This document shows, piece by piece, positions 16,971 to 27,865 of a stretch of 64,000 nucleotides of DNA. The translations under genes and the position numbers were made by a program. Where the stretch lies: positions 1-64,000 of IMG/VR virus record IMGVR_UViG_2609460327_000001, one strand, 5' to 3'. The stretch comes from a virus (taxonomy: Duplodnaviria > Caudoviricetes). Position 1 is the first letter of the stretch, and every line of letters begins with the position of its first letter. Under the pieces are notes generated by a model. That model was given only the letters and a program-made list of their open reading frames with translations, did no database searches and was not told the DNA's origin.

Positions 16971-17607
16971 CTATAATGAGCTTTGATCCATTAGTAAACA
17001 TTTTGAAAATTGTTTCTTCAAGACCGTGAAGGCCACCCAGAATAACACTGTTGTCGAAACAGTTCTCGCCAATCATAGCGCCAGATACAATATTATCATC
17101 TAGGGTTATTCTATACTTACATTCATATTTAGATTTATCTTCTACCGGGTCCAAATAAACCCAAGTAAGACCTCCGGCGGTCTGATGTACATGAACTGAT
17201 ATCTCAGTGACTTCATCATACTCAAGCTCTCCAAGCTCCATTTCAAATTCAACCATTTCTTGGATCAATTCAGATAGCTTGTACTCATTTTTGCCGGTTC
17301 CAAGCATATCTTCAAGCTGCTCTTTTATTTTAGTAGAACCAACATCATGAATAGAACGATCGATTTCCTGTTTGATAATATTAAGAATGACATGGTTATA
17401 TGATGGAATGTCGAGCGACTTAAGATTAACATTGAGTAATTCTTCTACTTGTTTTTCTAATTCCTTGCCGAAAGTACTATAGGAGCGAAGAGAGCTTTCG
17501 ATAATTGACTTTATCGTACTCTTAAGCTGCTCCTTGATAATTGTTTCAACATATCCTTCTTCCTGCAGCTTTAGTAGCTCTTGATTAACCAATACATTTA
17601 AGTCCAT
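16930..17607 (-). CDS. Conserved phage hypothetical protein
   Basis: 225 aa, GAGGTG RBS. Confidence 0.75.
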   Translation of the reverse strand: MDLNVLVNQELLKLQEEGYVETIIKEQLKSTIKSIIESSLRSYSTFGKELEKQVEELLNVNLKSLDIPSYNHVILNIIKQEIDRSIHDVGSTKIKEQLEDMLGTGKNEYKLSELIQEMVEFEMELGELEYDEVTEISVHVHQTAGGLTWVYLDPVEDKSKYECKYRITLDDNIVSGAMIGENCFDNSVILGGLHGLEETIFKMFTNGSKLIIDEYKTEFTNPSFE

Positions 17608-17649
17608 GTGTATTGCACCTCATTTATTATATTATGAAAAAGTAATGTG

Positions 17650-17880
17650 TTACAAAGGTATTTTGGTATCAGGTTTAGACATATCTTGATCCGGAAGAAT
17701 TTCAGCATTCAAAAGCCATTTACGGAAGTAGCCAATATGCTCACCATGTAGCTGTTTGGAAGATGGCCTTTTATAAAAGACCATAATCCCTTCCATCCCA
17801 AGATATATGCGCTTTCTTTTACCTTTTTGCAGTACGGTTCCTGGCTTCATTACGTGAAGCTGAGCTAATGTTACGGCCAT
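17650..17880 (-). CDS. Hypothetical protein
   Basis: GGAGG RBS. Confidence 0.65.
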   Translation of the reverse strand: MAVTLAQLHVMKPGTVLQKGKRKRIYLGMEGIMVFYKRPSSKQLHGEHIGYFRKWLLNAEILPDQDMSKPDTKIPL

Positions 17881-18271
17881 GACGTCCCCTCCTTTTATTT
17901 ATCTTTTCGGCATTCTCATGCATCTTTCTTAGCTCTTCTCTCATTGAAAGTACGCATTCTCTTGTACGAAAGCCATCATCAATTCTTCCATCTTCGTGTG
18001 AAATGCTGGCCAGCATTTCAGCTTTTCGAAGAACCTGCTCATGATGTTTTAAAAATGGGATTCCAGTTCTCTGATCAATGGAAACCTCATAATAGTCAGC
18101 CTCGCGCGACACAAAATCAACCGTATCTGGCTCTTTATGTGGATCCTTGCTATTCGCAGCCCCACAGTACATACACACATCAGGAAGATTATTTCTCATA
18201 TCCATCAAAGCCCAGAATGTATTATTGCACTCTTTGCAATGCATTAGATATCTTTCGATCTTGATGCTCAT
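17819..18271 (-). CDS. Zinc-ribbon hypothetical protein
   Basis: CKEC...CMYC; ATGA coupling to dnaG. Confidence 0.65.
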   Translation of the reverse strand: MSIKIERYLMHCKECNNTFWALMDMRNNLPDVCMYCGAANSKDPHKEPDTVDFVSREADYYEVSIDQRTGIPFLKHHEQVLRKAEMLASISHEDGRIDDGFRTRECVLSMREELRKMHENAEKINKRRGRHGRNISSASRNEARNRTAKR

Positions 18272-19644
18272 CTGACCATAAACACACCTTTCTCCTGATA
18301 GTGCGAAACATGTGCCTGGATAGATTCATAGTTGATTCCAAACAATTCGGATGCTTGGCGAACATAAATATCCTTTTCAACAGGATCTTCGATGCTGCTG
18401 AGTACTTCAATTACTTTCCGCATGCGCTCATTTTGTAAGCCGCTTATTCTTGACTGATGATATACAATCTCGTCATGTGTTTCTTGATAAATTCGTTTTA
18501 GTCGATATTGGTTAACGGGTATGGTGTATCTCTCGATAAAGCGAACAAATGAGTCATCAACCATATTAAAATTATCACAAACAGTGCAAGGATCAAGTCC
18601 TGGAGAGAGTGCAAGAACAAGTGGTTCAATACCATTTTCTTTTAAGATTTTAGAATCACGCTGTATGGCAGCTTCACCTGCAGGATCACCATCACGCATG
18701 ATTATCGCACTCTTTGCTCCTGCCCGTTTTAATAACTTGACCTGATTTAATGTGAGCGCTACGCCCATTGTAGCAACGGCATGCTGCGCCCCGTATTTAT
18801 GAAGCTTAATTATATCAGTCCAACCTTCAACAATAATAGCAACACCAAATCTGCGTATAAAATCTTTAGCAATGTGAATACCATATAGATGATCGCCTTT
18901 TACAAACTCAGGATAAGGGTGATTAGCATAGTTTGGATCGTCTTTCTTAAGGCCGATTCGATCTAAGTATTTAACAATAGTCGGTTTGTTATCCGACTTA
19001 AGCTGATCATTTTTTGCTTTGAAAACATTATCAGGAAGCAATACTCGACCCGTAAAACTGACCAAATTGCCCCAATAATCATAAAGTGAAAAGACAATGC
19101 GATCTTTGGTATTTCGAAAATCATAAACTTGATCATCGCCTAATCCTAAATTCCAAAGTTTGATATCATTAATATCGAAACCCCGATTGTATAGATAATT
19201 AAGTCCTTCAGTGCTCTCTAGCAAGCGGTCATGAAACCGCCTGCCAGATTCTTCACAATATTGCACCCACTGAGATCTGATATTCTCTCTTTTAGCTTCT
19301 TCGGGATTCATCGGCGGCAATGGAATATTTAGAAAACTGGAGAGCCATTCGATCGCACCGCCCATATTCACATTTAAGATGCCTTTTAAAAAGCCATAAA
19401 CATCGGATGCTTGTACCGTACTATGGTTTTTCGATCCAGCTCCGCAAGCATGACAATAAAACGTCTGAGTATCTGGACGAATTTGCATCGAAGGTGAATG
19501 ATCGTTGTGAAATGGGCATATCCCAAATACATTACTTCCCATAGGAGTAAGTGTTGCGAACTGACTGATGACTTGGACAATATCAGCTTTCTCTTTCAAT
19601 TCTGACTTAAAATTATCTGGGTAAAATGCAGACACCAGGTGCAC
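18268..19644 (-). CDS. dnaG: DNA primase (CHC2 zinc finger plus TOPRIM)
   Basis: CPFHNDHSPS..CHAC, VEGWTD and DGDPAG motifs. Confidence 0.92.
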   Translation of the reverse strand: MHLVSAFYPDNFKSELKEKADIVQVISQFATLTPMGSNVFGICPFHNDHSPSMQIRPDTQTFYCHACGAGSKNHSTVQASDVYGFLKGILNVNMGGAIEWLSSFLNIPLPPMNPEEAKRENIRSQWVQYCEESGRRFHDRLLESTEGLNYLYNRGFDINDIKLWNLGLGDDQVYDFRNTKDRIVFSLYDYWGNLVSFTGRVLLPDNVFKAKNDQLKSDNKPTIVKYLDRIGLKKDDPNYANHPYPEFVKGDHLYGIHIAKDFIRRFGVAIIVEGWTDIIKLHKYGAQHAVATMGVALTLNQVKLLKRAGAKSAIIMRDGDPAGEAAIQRDSKILKENGIEPLVLALSPGLDPCTVCDNFNMVDDSFVRFIERYTIPVNQYRLKRIYQETHDEIVYHQSRISGLQNERMRKVIEVLSSIEDPVEKDIYVRQASELFGINYESIQAHVSHYQEKGVFMVR

Positions 19645-19660
19645 CTCCTTATTTAATTTT

Positions 19661-19690
19661 CAAAAAGCCCCTGCCGGCGTAAGGCGGCCT
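19661..19690 (-). repeat. Hairpin-box junction element, copy 2
   Basis: GCCGCC-TTAC-GCCGGC-AGGGGCTTTTTG. Confidence 0.75.
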
Positions 19691-19691
19691 G

Positions 19692-20747
19692 TTACTCCTT
19701 GCGGACAGCAAGTAAGAACAGCTCTTTAACTTTTTCGCCAATGTCTTTACGTAGTTCTGTTTTCTGTAAAAACATAGTATGGGCTGGTTGCTCAACAAAA
19801 TTATCAACAGTAAAAAGTAAACTTTGATATATGTTTTTTGCTTTTTGCTCTACATCATTATTTTTAGTTTTCTTCGAACTCATTTCATTAATTGTTTCGT
19901 TCATGGTAGTGATTTGATCTTGTAAATTTTTAATTTGTTCGAGATTTTGATTTCTCTCTTCGATCAAAGCTTGAATAAATTTTTTCTCTTCGATGGTAGA
20001 TAATTGATCAGTTAAATCTTTAAAAAACATTTGTATTTGAGTTAAGCTTTCAACAGCAACAGATAAAATTTCTCGATCATCTTTCTCCAACATTGTTTGA
20101 GCAGATGATGATCTTGATTTAGCCTGAAACTCTCTAATTTGATCATCTAATGATTTCTCTCTCTCGACTATAGAACGTGTAAAAGAATCATCTTCATTAT
20201 GATTATTACTATCGTCTTCGTCTTTAATTTTATCTAAATAATCATCTTGTGAAGGAATGTTTTGTTTTAAAATTTCCTCATTTTTTAAATCAGGAGTCTC
20301 ATTTATCTGCTCATTATTTTCAAAATTCGAAGTTTCTTTAATAATTGTATTTTCATCTATATGTTCATTATTTTTAGTTTCATTCTCTGCTGAGATTATG
20401 GATTTTGGTAAATTAAGATGATTCATACTGTCTTTAATTTTTTGCATAAAGTTTTCATCATTTATTGCAGGATATACCAATTTAGACTTAGGTTCTTCTT
20501 TTTGACTCATTAAACTAGAAGACAGACGATATATTTTTTTCTTATGTGGTCCTGTTCGTCCAGTATCAACTAATTTCCCTTCATCCGAAAGCACACGTAA
20601 ATGATGTGTGATTGAAGCGGTTGAGACTTCAAATTCCTGACTAAGAACGGTTGGAGATACATGAATATCTCCAACATCATCAGCCATGGTTTTTAAATGT
20701 TCGAGTAGGGTCTTCCTATCCACCTTTTTTTGTGGTGCAGCACTCAT
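19692..20747 (-). CDS. Winged-HTH plus low-complexity linker plus coiled-coil protein
   Basis: LSQEFEVSTASITHHLRVLSDEGKL HTH; heptad-rich C-terminus. Confidence 0.7.
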   Translation of the reverse strand: MSAAPQKKVDRKTLLEHLKTMADDVGDIHVSPTVLSQEFEVSTASITHHLRVLSDEGKLVDTGRTGPHKKKIYRLSSSLMSQKEEPKSKLVYPAINDENFMQKIKDSMNHLNLPKSIISAENETKNNEHIDENTIIKETSNFENNEQINETPDLKNEEILKQNIPSQDDYLDKIKDEDDSNNHNEDDSFTRSIVEREKSLDDQIREFQAKSRSSSAQTMLEKDDREILSVAVESLTQIQMFFKDLTDQLSTIEEKKFIQALIEERNQNLEQIKNLQDQITTMNETINEMSSKKTKNNDVEQKAKNIYQSLLFTVDNFVEQPAHTMFLQKTELRKDIGEKVKELFLLAVRKE

Positions 20748-20822
20748 ACTTAGGCCTTCCTTCCCATATCTTCGTTATTTTTACTCCCCCACTCGATTAT
20801 AAACCATTAGATTAAAATTATG

Positions 20823-22812
20823 CTAATTATTTGGTTTTAGCTCGTGCCTCATCACTAGCTCTTCAGGAAGTTCATCTAAAAATCGGGAAGGATCCTGAGA
20901 GGTTTTGCCCCCACGATAGTTTGTACGTTCTCGAGTAGATGTCAACATGATCTGATTTTCAGCTCTTGTAACGAGAACATATGCCAGGCGTCTTTCTTCC
21001 TCCAAGTCTTCTGGAGAATAGCTGCGGAATGATGGGAAAATGCCTTCATTCATTCCAACGCCAAAGACAACTGGAAACTCCAAACCTTTACTTCCGTGAA
21101 TAGACATCATGCGCACGGCGTTTTCCTTTTCTTTATTGTCGAAATCCATGAGCAGGGATATTTCTTGCATAAAATCGGTGAGTGATTTATCTGGATTTTC
21201 ATCCTTATAGCGCTCGACTAATCGAAGGAACTCATTAATATTATCAACTTTCTCCTCTGCCTCTTTATTATTTTTCGAAGTCCACATCGCCATGTAACCG
21301 CTCTGCTCAAGAACATAATGAACATATCTTCTGATATCCATGTGCTTCATTGAATCAAAATGATCCAACATGCCAAGAAAGTCTCTGACTTTGCCTCTAG
21401 GGCCTTTCTTGATTACAGAAATATCATCGACATTTTTTATTGCTCGAGAAACGCTGACTTTATGTTCATTTGCATAGTCAACGATATGATTGATCGTCGT
21501 GTCACCAATGCCGCGAGAAGGCTTATTCATAATTCGAATTAGAGCACCATCGTCTTTACGGTTGACGATCGATTTCAAATAAGCAACGATATCTTTGATT
21601 TCTTCTCGTTGGAAGAAGCCGGTGCCTCCCACGACTTTATAAGGAATCATATTGTGCATGAACATTTGTTCAAACGGTGCAGACTGATCATTAGTTCTGT
21701 AAAGAATCGCAAAATCACCATATGAATGAGTGCCAGCTTTAACCATCTTCTGAATTTGAAAGGAAACGAAAGCTGCTTCAGCATGCTCATTCTGTGTTTT
21801 CATAATAAGGATAGGATGTACATTGAGTTCCGGATTGTTTGGCCACAAGCTCCAATCTCATGTGGCTATTCTGTTTCATCAGTTCATTGCCGGCACGAAC
21901 AATAACATGGTTCGAGCGATAGTTTGTAGAAAGCCTTACGGTCGTACAAGGGAAATACTGAGATTCAAACGATAGAATCAGATTTACAGCAGCTCCTCTA
22001 AATTTGTAGATCGACTGCTGCGGATCTCCAACAACAAATAAATTATTATGTGGAAATGCCAGCAAGCGAAGCAAATGATATTGTGCATGGTTTGCATCTT
22101 GATACTCATCGGAAAGAACAAATTTAAAACGATTTTGCCAGTAGTTGCAAGCATCCGGAAATTCCTCAAGAAGCTTTACAACGTTCATAATCAAGTCACC
22201 AAAATCCATCGCATTCATCTCTTTAGCAAGGAGCTGGAAGTCCTGATAAACAAGAGCACACATTTGGTCATTTGCGCTTTCAGCTTGTTCATGAAGGCAA
22301 TACTCAGGAGTAAACAAGTTATTCTTAGCTTGGTCAATATAATGTAAGGCCAAACCTGGTTTTGTATTTTCATCAACGTTTAGTTTCTTATAAATACGCT
22401 TGATCAGATCAAGAGAGTCACCGGTATCCATAATCGTAAAGTTGCTTTCATATCCAAGTAGATGACCATGCTTACGCAGGATACGAACACAAAGTGAATG
22501 GAAGGTTCCCATCCATAGGTCACGTACTGCTTCCTCACCAACAGCTTTTGCAATACGCTCTTTCATTTCTTTGGCAGCCTTATTCGTAAACGTGGCTACA
22601 AAGATGCTGGACGCCTTTTCACCATGCGCCAGTATATTAGCGATCCGATTTGTCAGTGTCTTTGTTTTGCCGCTGCCAGCCCCTGCAAGAACCAATACCG
22701 GTCCATAGATAGCTTCAGCTGCCATGCGCTGCTCGGGATTTAACTCATCCAGTAACTCTTTAACCTTATCCATTGATATAACATTGTTGATTACTCTCTC
22801 CTCAGTAGCCAT
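20823..22812 (-). pseudogene. pcrA: PcrA/UvrD helicase interrupted by a single extra base near 21838-21840
   Basis: N-half AGAGSGKT, DEYQD, VGDPQQSIY, NYRS; C-half LYRTN, HGSKGLEF, EERRLAYV; removing one A restores a single frame. Confidence 0.85.
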
Positions 22813-22856
22813 TCATGTCCCTCCTAAAATAAATCATAAAGCTTCCTTTATGTAGA

Positions 22857-22879
22857 AAAGCCGCGGTTAGGCGGCTTTT
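22857..22879. terminator. Bidirectional intrinsic terminator
   Basis: AAAAGCCGC-GGTTAG-GCGGCTTTT. Confidence 0.65.
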
Positions 22880-22899
22880 ATGTTCATATTCATCATCTG

Positions 22900-23124
22900 T
22901 TAAGGAGCAACCGGCTCTGTCGGCTCGGCAGCTTCTTCTTGCATTGCTTCTTTAAATCGTTTACGGAACGCATTTGCATGCTGATCAGTAATTTCAAGGT
23001 TACGTTTATAATCGGTGCCGCCGCCAGCAAGAGTACCTACGTAACTCTTCTCTGCGCCAACATAGCGTTTAAGAACATCCTCGAAAACTGCTTCCATTTT
23101 TTCGATGTTCGCCATTCGTTTCAC
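22900..23124 (-). CDS. Hypothetical protein
   Basis: Lies between an operator/promoter and a terminator. Confidence 0.6.
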   Translation of the reverse strand: MKRMANIEKMEAVFEDVLKRYVGAEKSYVGTLAGGGTDYKRNLEITDQHANAFRKRFKEAMQEEAAEPTEPVAP

Positions 23125-23180
23125 ATCCTTTATCCCAAAATGTAATGCATTACTATTTTAGCATAAAGGGTGCTAGGGTG

Positions 23181-24767
23181 CTATCTTCTTTTTGCTTGAT
23201 CAATTAGATCAGGATAAAGCAATTGAAGCTGGCGATAGACTTCTTCAAATGTCTCTCGAATATCCCACTGTGCTTCTTCCGTTGTTCTCAGATTGATAAG
23301 GTGGTAAGCCTCCCACAAATCAAAGTGAGCCACAATGCGGCGGCGGTGAGTGTTTAAGACAACATATGGAGCTGTGTAGTCATGTCCTGCTGTGCTTAGT
23401 AACTTGTCATGAAGCGCTTCAGCTTTCTCTGCAAGATCAAAGAGCAATCCTTGCAAACCTGCTTCAACAATACGAGGCGGAATCGTAACGCCGTTATAAG
23501 GAGAAGGCTGGTTATAAATAAAGTCAGTCTTTCTGTTATGACGAAGCAGCTGATGCCAGTTAGCCTCAGACACAAGAAGTTCGAAGGCGAAGTCGATCCC
23601 ACGGAAAGAATCCGGTGGCGTGTCATGCTTGCCGATTTCAAAAAGCATTTCTTTAATAATCTCAGTTGGATTAGTAATATTCTCTGCTCGACGCATAGCT
23701 TCCTCATAAGGAATGCCACTCTCTTGCACAATAGCTTCGGCAACAATTGTTTCTATCGCCTTTTTAGGCGAAGGTCCTTTGATTAATGTCGCCAGATTAC
23801 TTACCTTGGTTGCACCAGGTTGATCAGCAAAACGATGCTTAATACGCTGCTTGCTGTTCACTTTATATTGAGAAGGTACAGCATGCTTTAGCAATGTTGG
23901 GAGAACTTTAGTGATCTCCGTTTTCAGATCGCCAGCAAGCTTAATAACCTCTGGATAGGAGCTTGTGTAGAGATTGGCGATGCCATCCCGCCAAGTACGT
24001 CCGTTTGCCGTCATGCCCAGCTGAGTATGCATAGCCAGTGGAAGTGCGTATCGCGCATCTTCAAATGCAAGCTTCATGAGATTAGCTTCATATTTTTCTT
24101 GCCATCCAAAAGATTGAGGAAAAATTTTGCCCTTATCTTTTTCGATAAGATGCTTAAATACGCCATCAATTAATTGCTCGAAAACATCGTAACATTCGTT
24201 CATAAAGTCTTGGAACTCTTGCCAAAGCGGGTTAGACACCATGTCTCTAGTAATCCCATTAGGATTAGGAATCGACTTGGGCACCGGATTGTACCAATCG
24301 CCTCTCTGAGGCTTCTGATAGCGCTGAGAATACTCAGTAATGGAATAGAAGGTGTTAGACAGTTCCAGCTCTGCAGAAGCCAGTCTGGACACTTTCTCAA
24401 TGCCCACATGAGCATTGGCATGTTCCGCTACACTGCTGTGGCCATAAGACACAGTCCATTTCTCGTGGAAGTCTTGGGCTTTCTTTGAAAGCTTCTCGAA
24501 GGAATCCTTACCTTGATAATCGCTTGCATTGATGAGCCCATCTTGAATAGCTTTTAGTAAGTGTTCCTTGAATGACTTTGGTGATCGGCTCACCCAGGCA
24601 AACAAGACAGCTATAAACTCCTCTGTGAGATTCGTTACCGCATATACATTTCCATCCGGATTTGTCACAAATGGAGTAATATCCGGTAGTGCTGTCAGAT
24701 CAAGTTCTTGCTCTTTAGCAACCGTCTGACTTTTTGTAGTGCGTCTAGTTCTTTTTTGTTCGGTCAC
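23181..24767 (-). CDS. thyX: FAD-dependent thymidylate synthase, long two-domain form
   Basis: YGHSSVAEH, EYSQRY, EDARYALP, QLLRH and LRTxxxAQWDIR motifs. Confidence 0.85.
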   Translation of the reverse strand: MTEQKRTRRTTKSQTVAKEQELDLTALPDITPFVTNPDGNVYAVTNLTEEFIAVLFAWVSRSPKSFKEHLLKAIQDGLINASDYQGKDSFEKLSKKAQDFHEKWTVSYGHSSVAEHANAHVGIEKVSRLASAELELSNTFYSITEYSQRYQKPQRGDWYNPVPKSIPNPNGITRDMVSNPLWQEFQDFMNECYDVFEQLIDGVFKHLIEKDKGKIFPQSFGWQEKYEANLMKLAFEDARYALPLAMHTQLGMTANGRTWRDGIANLYTSSYPEVIKLAGDLKTEITKVLPTLLKHAVPSQYKVNSKQRIKHRFADQPGATKVSNLATLIKGPSPKKAIETIVAEAIVQESGIPYEEAMRRAENITNPTEIIKEMLFEIGKHDTPPDSFRGIDFAFELLVSEANWHQLLRHNRKTDFIYNQPSPYNGVTIPPRIVEAGLQGLLFDLAEKAEALHDKLLSTAGHDYTAPYVVLNTHRRRIVAHFDLWEAYHLINLRTTEEAQWDIRETFEEVYRQLQLLYPDLIDQAKRR

Positions 24768-25068
24768 GATCGGTCTCCTTCGCTTTTTTAATAAAAACTA
24801 CATCCTTGTACATCATCATGAAACCAACACCCATCAATATACCGTTAATTATGTCTAAAACCGATTCTGCTGTTGATACTGCTCTCATGTTCCAGCCAAA
24901 GGCGGCAGTATACATAATATTTACTATAAACATTGTTGCAGCCAGAAGGGCTCCTCTATCTCGATGCCGCTCTGATCCAGGCTTCCGAGGCAAAACCTTC
25001 GAAAGCCCAATCAGAACACTTACAGAAAAAGATAAATAGACATAAGTCCAAAATATAGTGTCACTCAT
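24745..25068 (-). CDS. Three-TM membrane protein
   Basis: Three hydrophobic segments. Confidence 0.7.
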   Translation of the reverse strand: MSDTIFWTYVYLSFSVSVLIGLSKVLPRKPGSERHRDRGALLAATMFIVNIMYTAAFGWNMRAVSTAESVLDIINGILMGVGFMMMYKDVVFIKKAKETDRDRTKKN

Positions 25069-25274
25069 TAGTCTAGGCTGTTGAACACATCAGTGATGCC
25101 GCCACCATCGTAATACTCAGGTTTTTTGCCTTCATCAACCATTGTGCCATTTTGAGACAAATGAACTTCGATATCCTTGGTGATCTTCGTGCAATCTGCA
25201 CCTTCACCATTCAAAACTTCAAATGCCACGCCGCCTTCTTTACCAATAGTAAACTTTACTTTTCTCTCTTGCAT
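25068..25274 (-). CDS. DUF2997-family protein
   Basis: F.I...G.V..EV....G..C...T..IE...KPEYY pattern. Confidence 0.75.
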   Translation of the reverse strand: MQERKVKFTIGKEGGVAFEVLNGEGADCTKITKDIEVHLSQNGTMVDEGKKPEYYDGGGITDVFNSLD

Positions 25275-25310
25275 GTTGAATACCTCCGATTTAATGAATA
25301 GTTTTATTAA

Positions 25311-25709
25311 TTAGGACCAAGTAGAAGCGACTAGCTCCAATTCTCCGGCATCGCTATGAGTGATGCTCTCGAAATCGACAGAGAAACCGTTAGATTCGCA
25401 CATATCAATAACCATGTACTTGTCATGCAGCTGAGCTACTTGATTAGTGAATTGCTTTTCAGAGAAGCCAGTCATAAACCAGTCAGCTACGCATTCGAGT
25501 TTGGTTTTTCCGTCAACAGCGTTCTCTTGGAAGCCGATTGGCTGCAGCTTTCCGTTTGTATCGACAACAGCCAGAACTACATTGCGAGACTGCTTGTAGT
25601 AGTCAATGATTGTCGTGTTTTCTTTGTATCCAAGGCCCATTTCAGTAAGAGCCTTCTTAACGAACTCGACATTATTTACTTCACATTTGTAAGCTTGAAA
25701 GTGAGACAT
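25311..25709 (-). CDS. DUF1257 (Ycf35-like) protein
   Basis: MSHF..KKAL..MG..IGF..ADW..GF.V..G.LELV..W pattern. Confidence 0.8.
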   Translation of the reverse strand: MSHFQAYKCEVNNVEFVKKALTEMGLGYKENTTIIDYYKQSRNVVLAVVDTNGKLQPIGFQENAVDGKTKLECVADWFMTGFSEKQFTNQVAQLHDKYMVIDMCESNGFSVDFESITHSDAGELELVASTWS

Positions 25710-25809
25710 ATTGATAATTCCTCCTAGGATATATTAAGTGCGCCCTAACCCCTCCGTCATGCGCTTGCCGTTGCGGCACCCAATTCGCGCCGTATGGTTC
25801 CCCAAAAAC

Positions 25810-26172
25810 TCAAAGATTGTATTTCTTGGCTATTTTCCGAAGCAGCTCTGCCCTGACTTGCTGAGATGCAACAACATCCTTATGAACAGCCGCAGGCATC
25901 TCATTCAGCTCTTCTTCGGAATAATCTTTTTCAATCAGGAACGTAGCTGTAGTCACAAGGTTATCAAGTACTTTCATAAATGATTTATCTACATGAGCAC
26001 AAATAACATTGTTGCTTAGTTCACTGTGTGATTTCTGCATATGCTGTTCGTACTCTTTCAATTCATTCAGTGCATATTCAATAGCTTTATCGATCGTTTT
26101 TCTTGGATCTATGTGGAGTGGCTTAGAAAGTTCCATTGCCTTTTTACGTTGTTCTTCACGATCATAGGGCAT
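25810..26172 (-). CDS. Hypothetical helical protein
   Basis: Within the operon. Confidence 0.7.
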   Translation of the reverse strand: MPYDREEQRKKAMELSKPLHIDPRKTIDKAIEYALNELKEYEQHMQKSHSELSNNVICAHVDKSFMKVLDNLVTTATFLIEKDYSEEELNEMPAAVHKDVVASQQVRAELLRKIAKKYNL

Positions 26173-26184
26173 ACATTCACATCC

Positions 26185-27837
26185 TTATTGAGAAAATTCA
26201 ATGTCATTATTTCCAAAGACACGGAATGTTGCGCCAGATTTGGTTTCTTCCGTTTTTCCGCCGCTATGAAGGAAGTCATGCTCGGTGCTAGAAACACATA
26301 CTGCAGAGTGTTTAGCCCATTCTCTCAGGTCATTAATAAGCTGAGGATTACGCTTCGCTAGTGGAACAATCTTGTTTGCTTGTTCTTCAAGATCAGATAC
26401 AGTGATGTAATGCGTTTCACGTTGCTCTTTTCTAAAAGCAGCATAAGCACGGCGACCAGCCTCAGAAACTGCCTGTTCGATCTCGGCACCAGTGAAATCT
26501 TTCATCTTCTCGGCAAGGTTAAGAATATCTAGCTTATTAAGTGTGCTGGGATGTTCAAAGTCATCGTTCGTGATTGAATACCCGCGTTTCTTTAGATGGA
26601 TAGCCAAAATCTCGGCACGCTCTTCCGTGTGTGGGAGACTAACAAACATAATTTCGTCAAACCGACCCGCACGAGTAAGCTCTGGTGGCAGCTTTGTAAT
26701 ATCATTCGCAGTAGCAATAACAAATACCGGTTTCTCTTTTTCAGAGAGCCAAGTCAAAATCTCTTGAACAACGCGGGATAGCGTACCAGAGTCTGATTTG
26801 TCTGAACTCGACATGCCCGACAAACCTTTCTCAAACTCATCCATCCAGAGAACGCAAGGCGATACTTGTTCAGACAGTTTTAGAGCACGAGATATATTTT
26901 TCTCGGACTGGCCAACTTTGGAATCCATGATGTCCGACATGTTCATCTTAAGCAGCGGAAGATTCCATTGATGAGCAATAGATTTAGCCGCCAAGGATTT
27001 ACCAGTACCCGGCACGCCAGCAAGGACTACACCACGTACCGGATCAACATTATACTGCTGCGCATCAGGATGGAATGCGTAGTAGGCATCTTCCGTCCAC
27101 TCTTTAAAACGATCCATCGCGCCTACATTATCCATATCGCCAAGCTTCGTGATGTATTCGAGCAAGCCTGTCTTTCTGATAACTTGCTCTTTTTCAGCTA
27201 CAATCTCTGCAAGGACGATCGCCTTATGTTTAGAGGTTGTCTTGCGCAGAATATTTGAAATCTCATGCTCGGTCATGCCAACTAAGGCATGGATAATTGC
27301 TTCATACTCTCGACCTTTAGGTGTGGGAAGGTCTTTGCTCTCCAAAAACTTGATGTTGCCATCCAGCAGAAACTTAACACGATCCCGATCAGGTAAATCA
27401 AAGTTAATTAGCGTTATAAGCTTTTCAAGTTCCAGTGGGATAGATGCTTCGGGAGAAGTTAAGATAATTGGTTTATAAAATTCAGTTTTCGATTCGAGAT
27501 AATCCCGTAATTTACGCTTTGCTTGAGCATTGGTCCAAATATCATGAAAATCACGAATTACATAAATGTTTTGCTCCCTGGCTTCAGCAATAATATCAAA
27601 AAGCTTCATAGGATTATCAGCCTTTGGTCCCTCGGCTGGTTTCCCGGTAATACCATCTACAAGACCAGAAGTAATTGACCAATAATACATGTTCGCATAA
27701 CCTTTTTGCTGAGCAATATGTTGCAAATTTTCTATGAAGCGTTGCTCTTCAAAAGTTTTAACAAGAATAGCTCTGTGCCTGGAGTTGAGAAGCACAGTAA
27801 GTTGATCCACAGATGATTGTTGAATAGCAGTTGACAT
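26185..27837 (-). CDS. Ycf46-like AAA+ ATPase
   Basis: GVPGTGKS, LWMDEFEK, ATAND, RAGRFDE, FTGAEIEQ; degenerate N-terminal AAA module. Confidence 0.9.
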   Translation of the reverse strand: MSTAIQQSSVDQLTVLLNSRHRAILVKTFEEQRFIENLQHIAQQKGYANMYYWSITSGLVDGITGKPAEGPKADNPMKLFDIIAEAREQNIYVIRDFHDIWTNAQAKRKLRDYLESKTEFYKPIILTSPEASIPLELEKLITLINFDLPDRDRVKFLLDGNIKFLESKDLPTPKGREYEAIIHALVGMTEHEISNILRKTTSKHKAIVLAEIVAEKEQVIRKTGLLEYITKLGDMDNVGAMDRFKEWTEDAYYAFHPDAQQYNVDPVRGVVLAGVPGTGKSLAAKSIAHQWNLPLLKMNMSDIMDSKVGQSEKNISRALKLSEQVSPCVLWMDEFEKGLSGMSSSDKSDSGTLSRVVQEILTWLSEKEKPVFVIATANDITKLPPELTRAGRFDEIMFVSLPHTEERAEILAIHLKKRGYSITNDDFEHPSTLNKLDILNLAEKMKDFTGAEIEQAVSEAGRRAYAAFRKEQRETHYITVSDLEEQANKIVPLAKRNPQLINDLREWAKHSAVCVSSTEHDFLHSGGKTEETKSGATFRVFGNNDIEFSQ

Positions 27838-27865
27838 GAATTAGTCCTCCTCAAGACTAGATAAA

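Noticed and set aside
19800-20520. Very AT-rich stretch suggesting a foreign insertion
   Set aside because: It is in frame and encodes the N/E/K-rich linker and coiled coil of the 351-aa protein; no boundary repeats
25742-25803. Four G-runs (G-quadruplex, TTAGGG) on the minus strand
   Set aside because: Loops are too long and competing Watson-Crick hairpins exist
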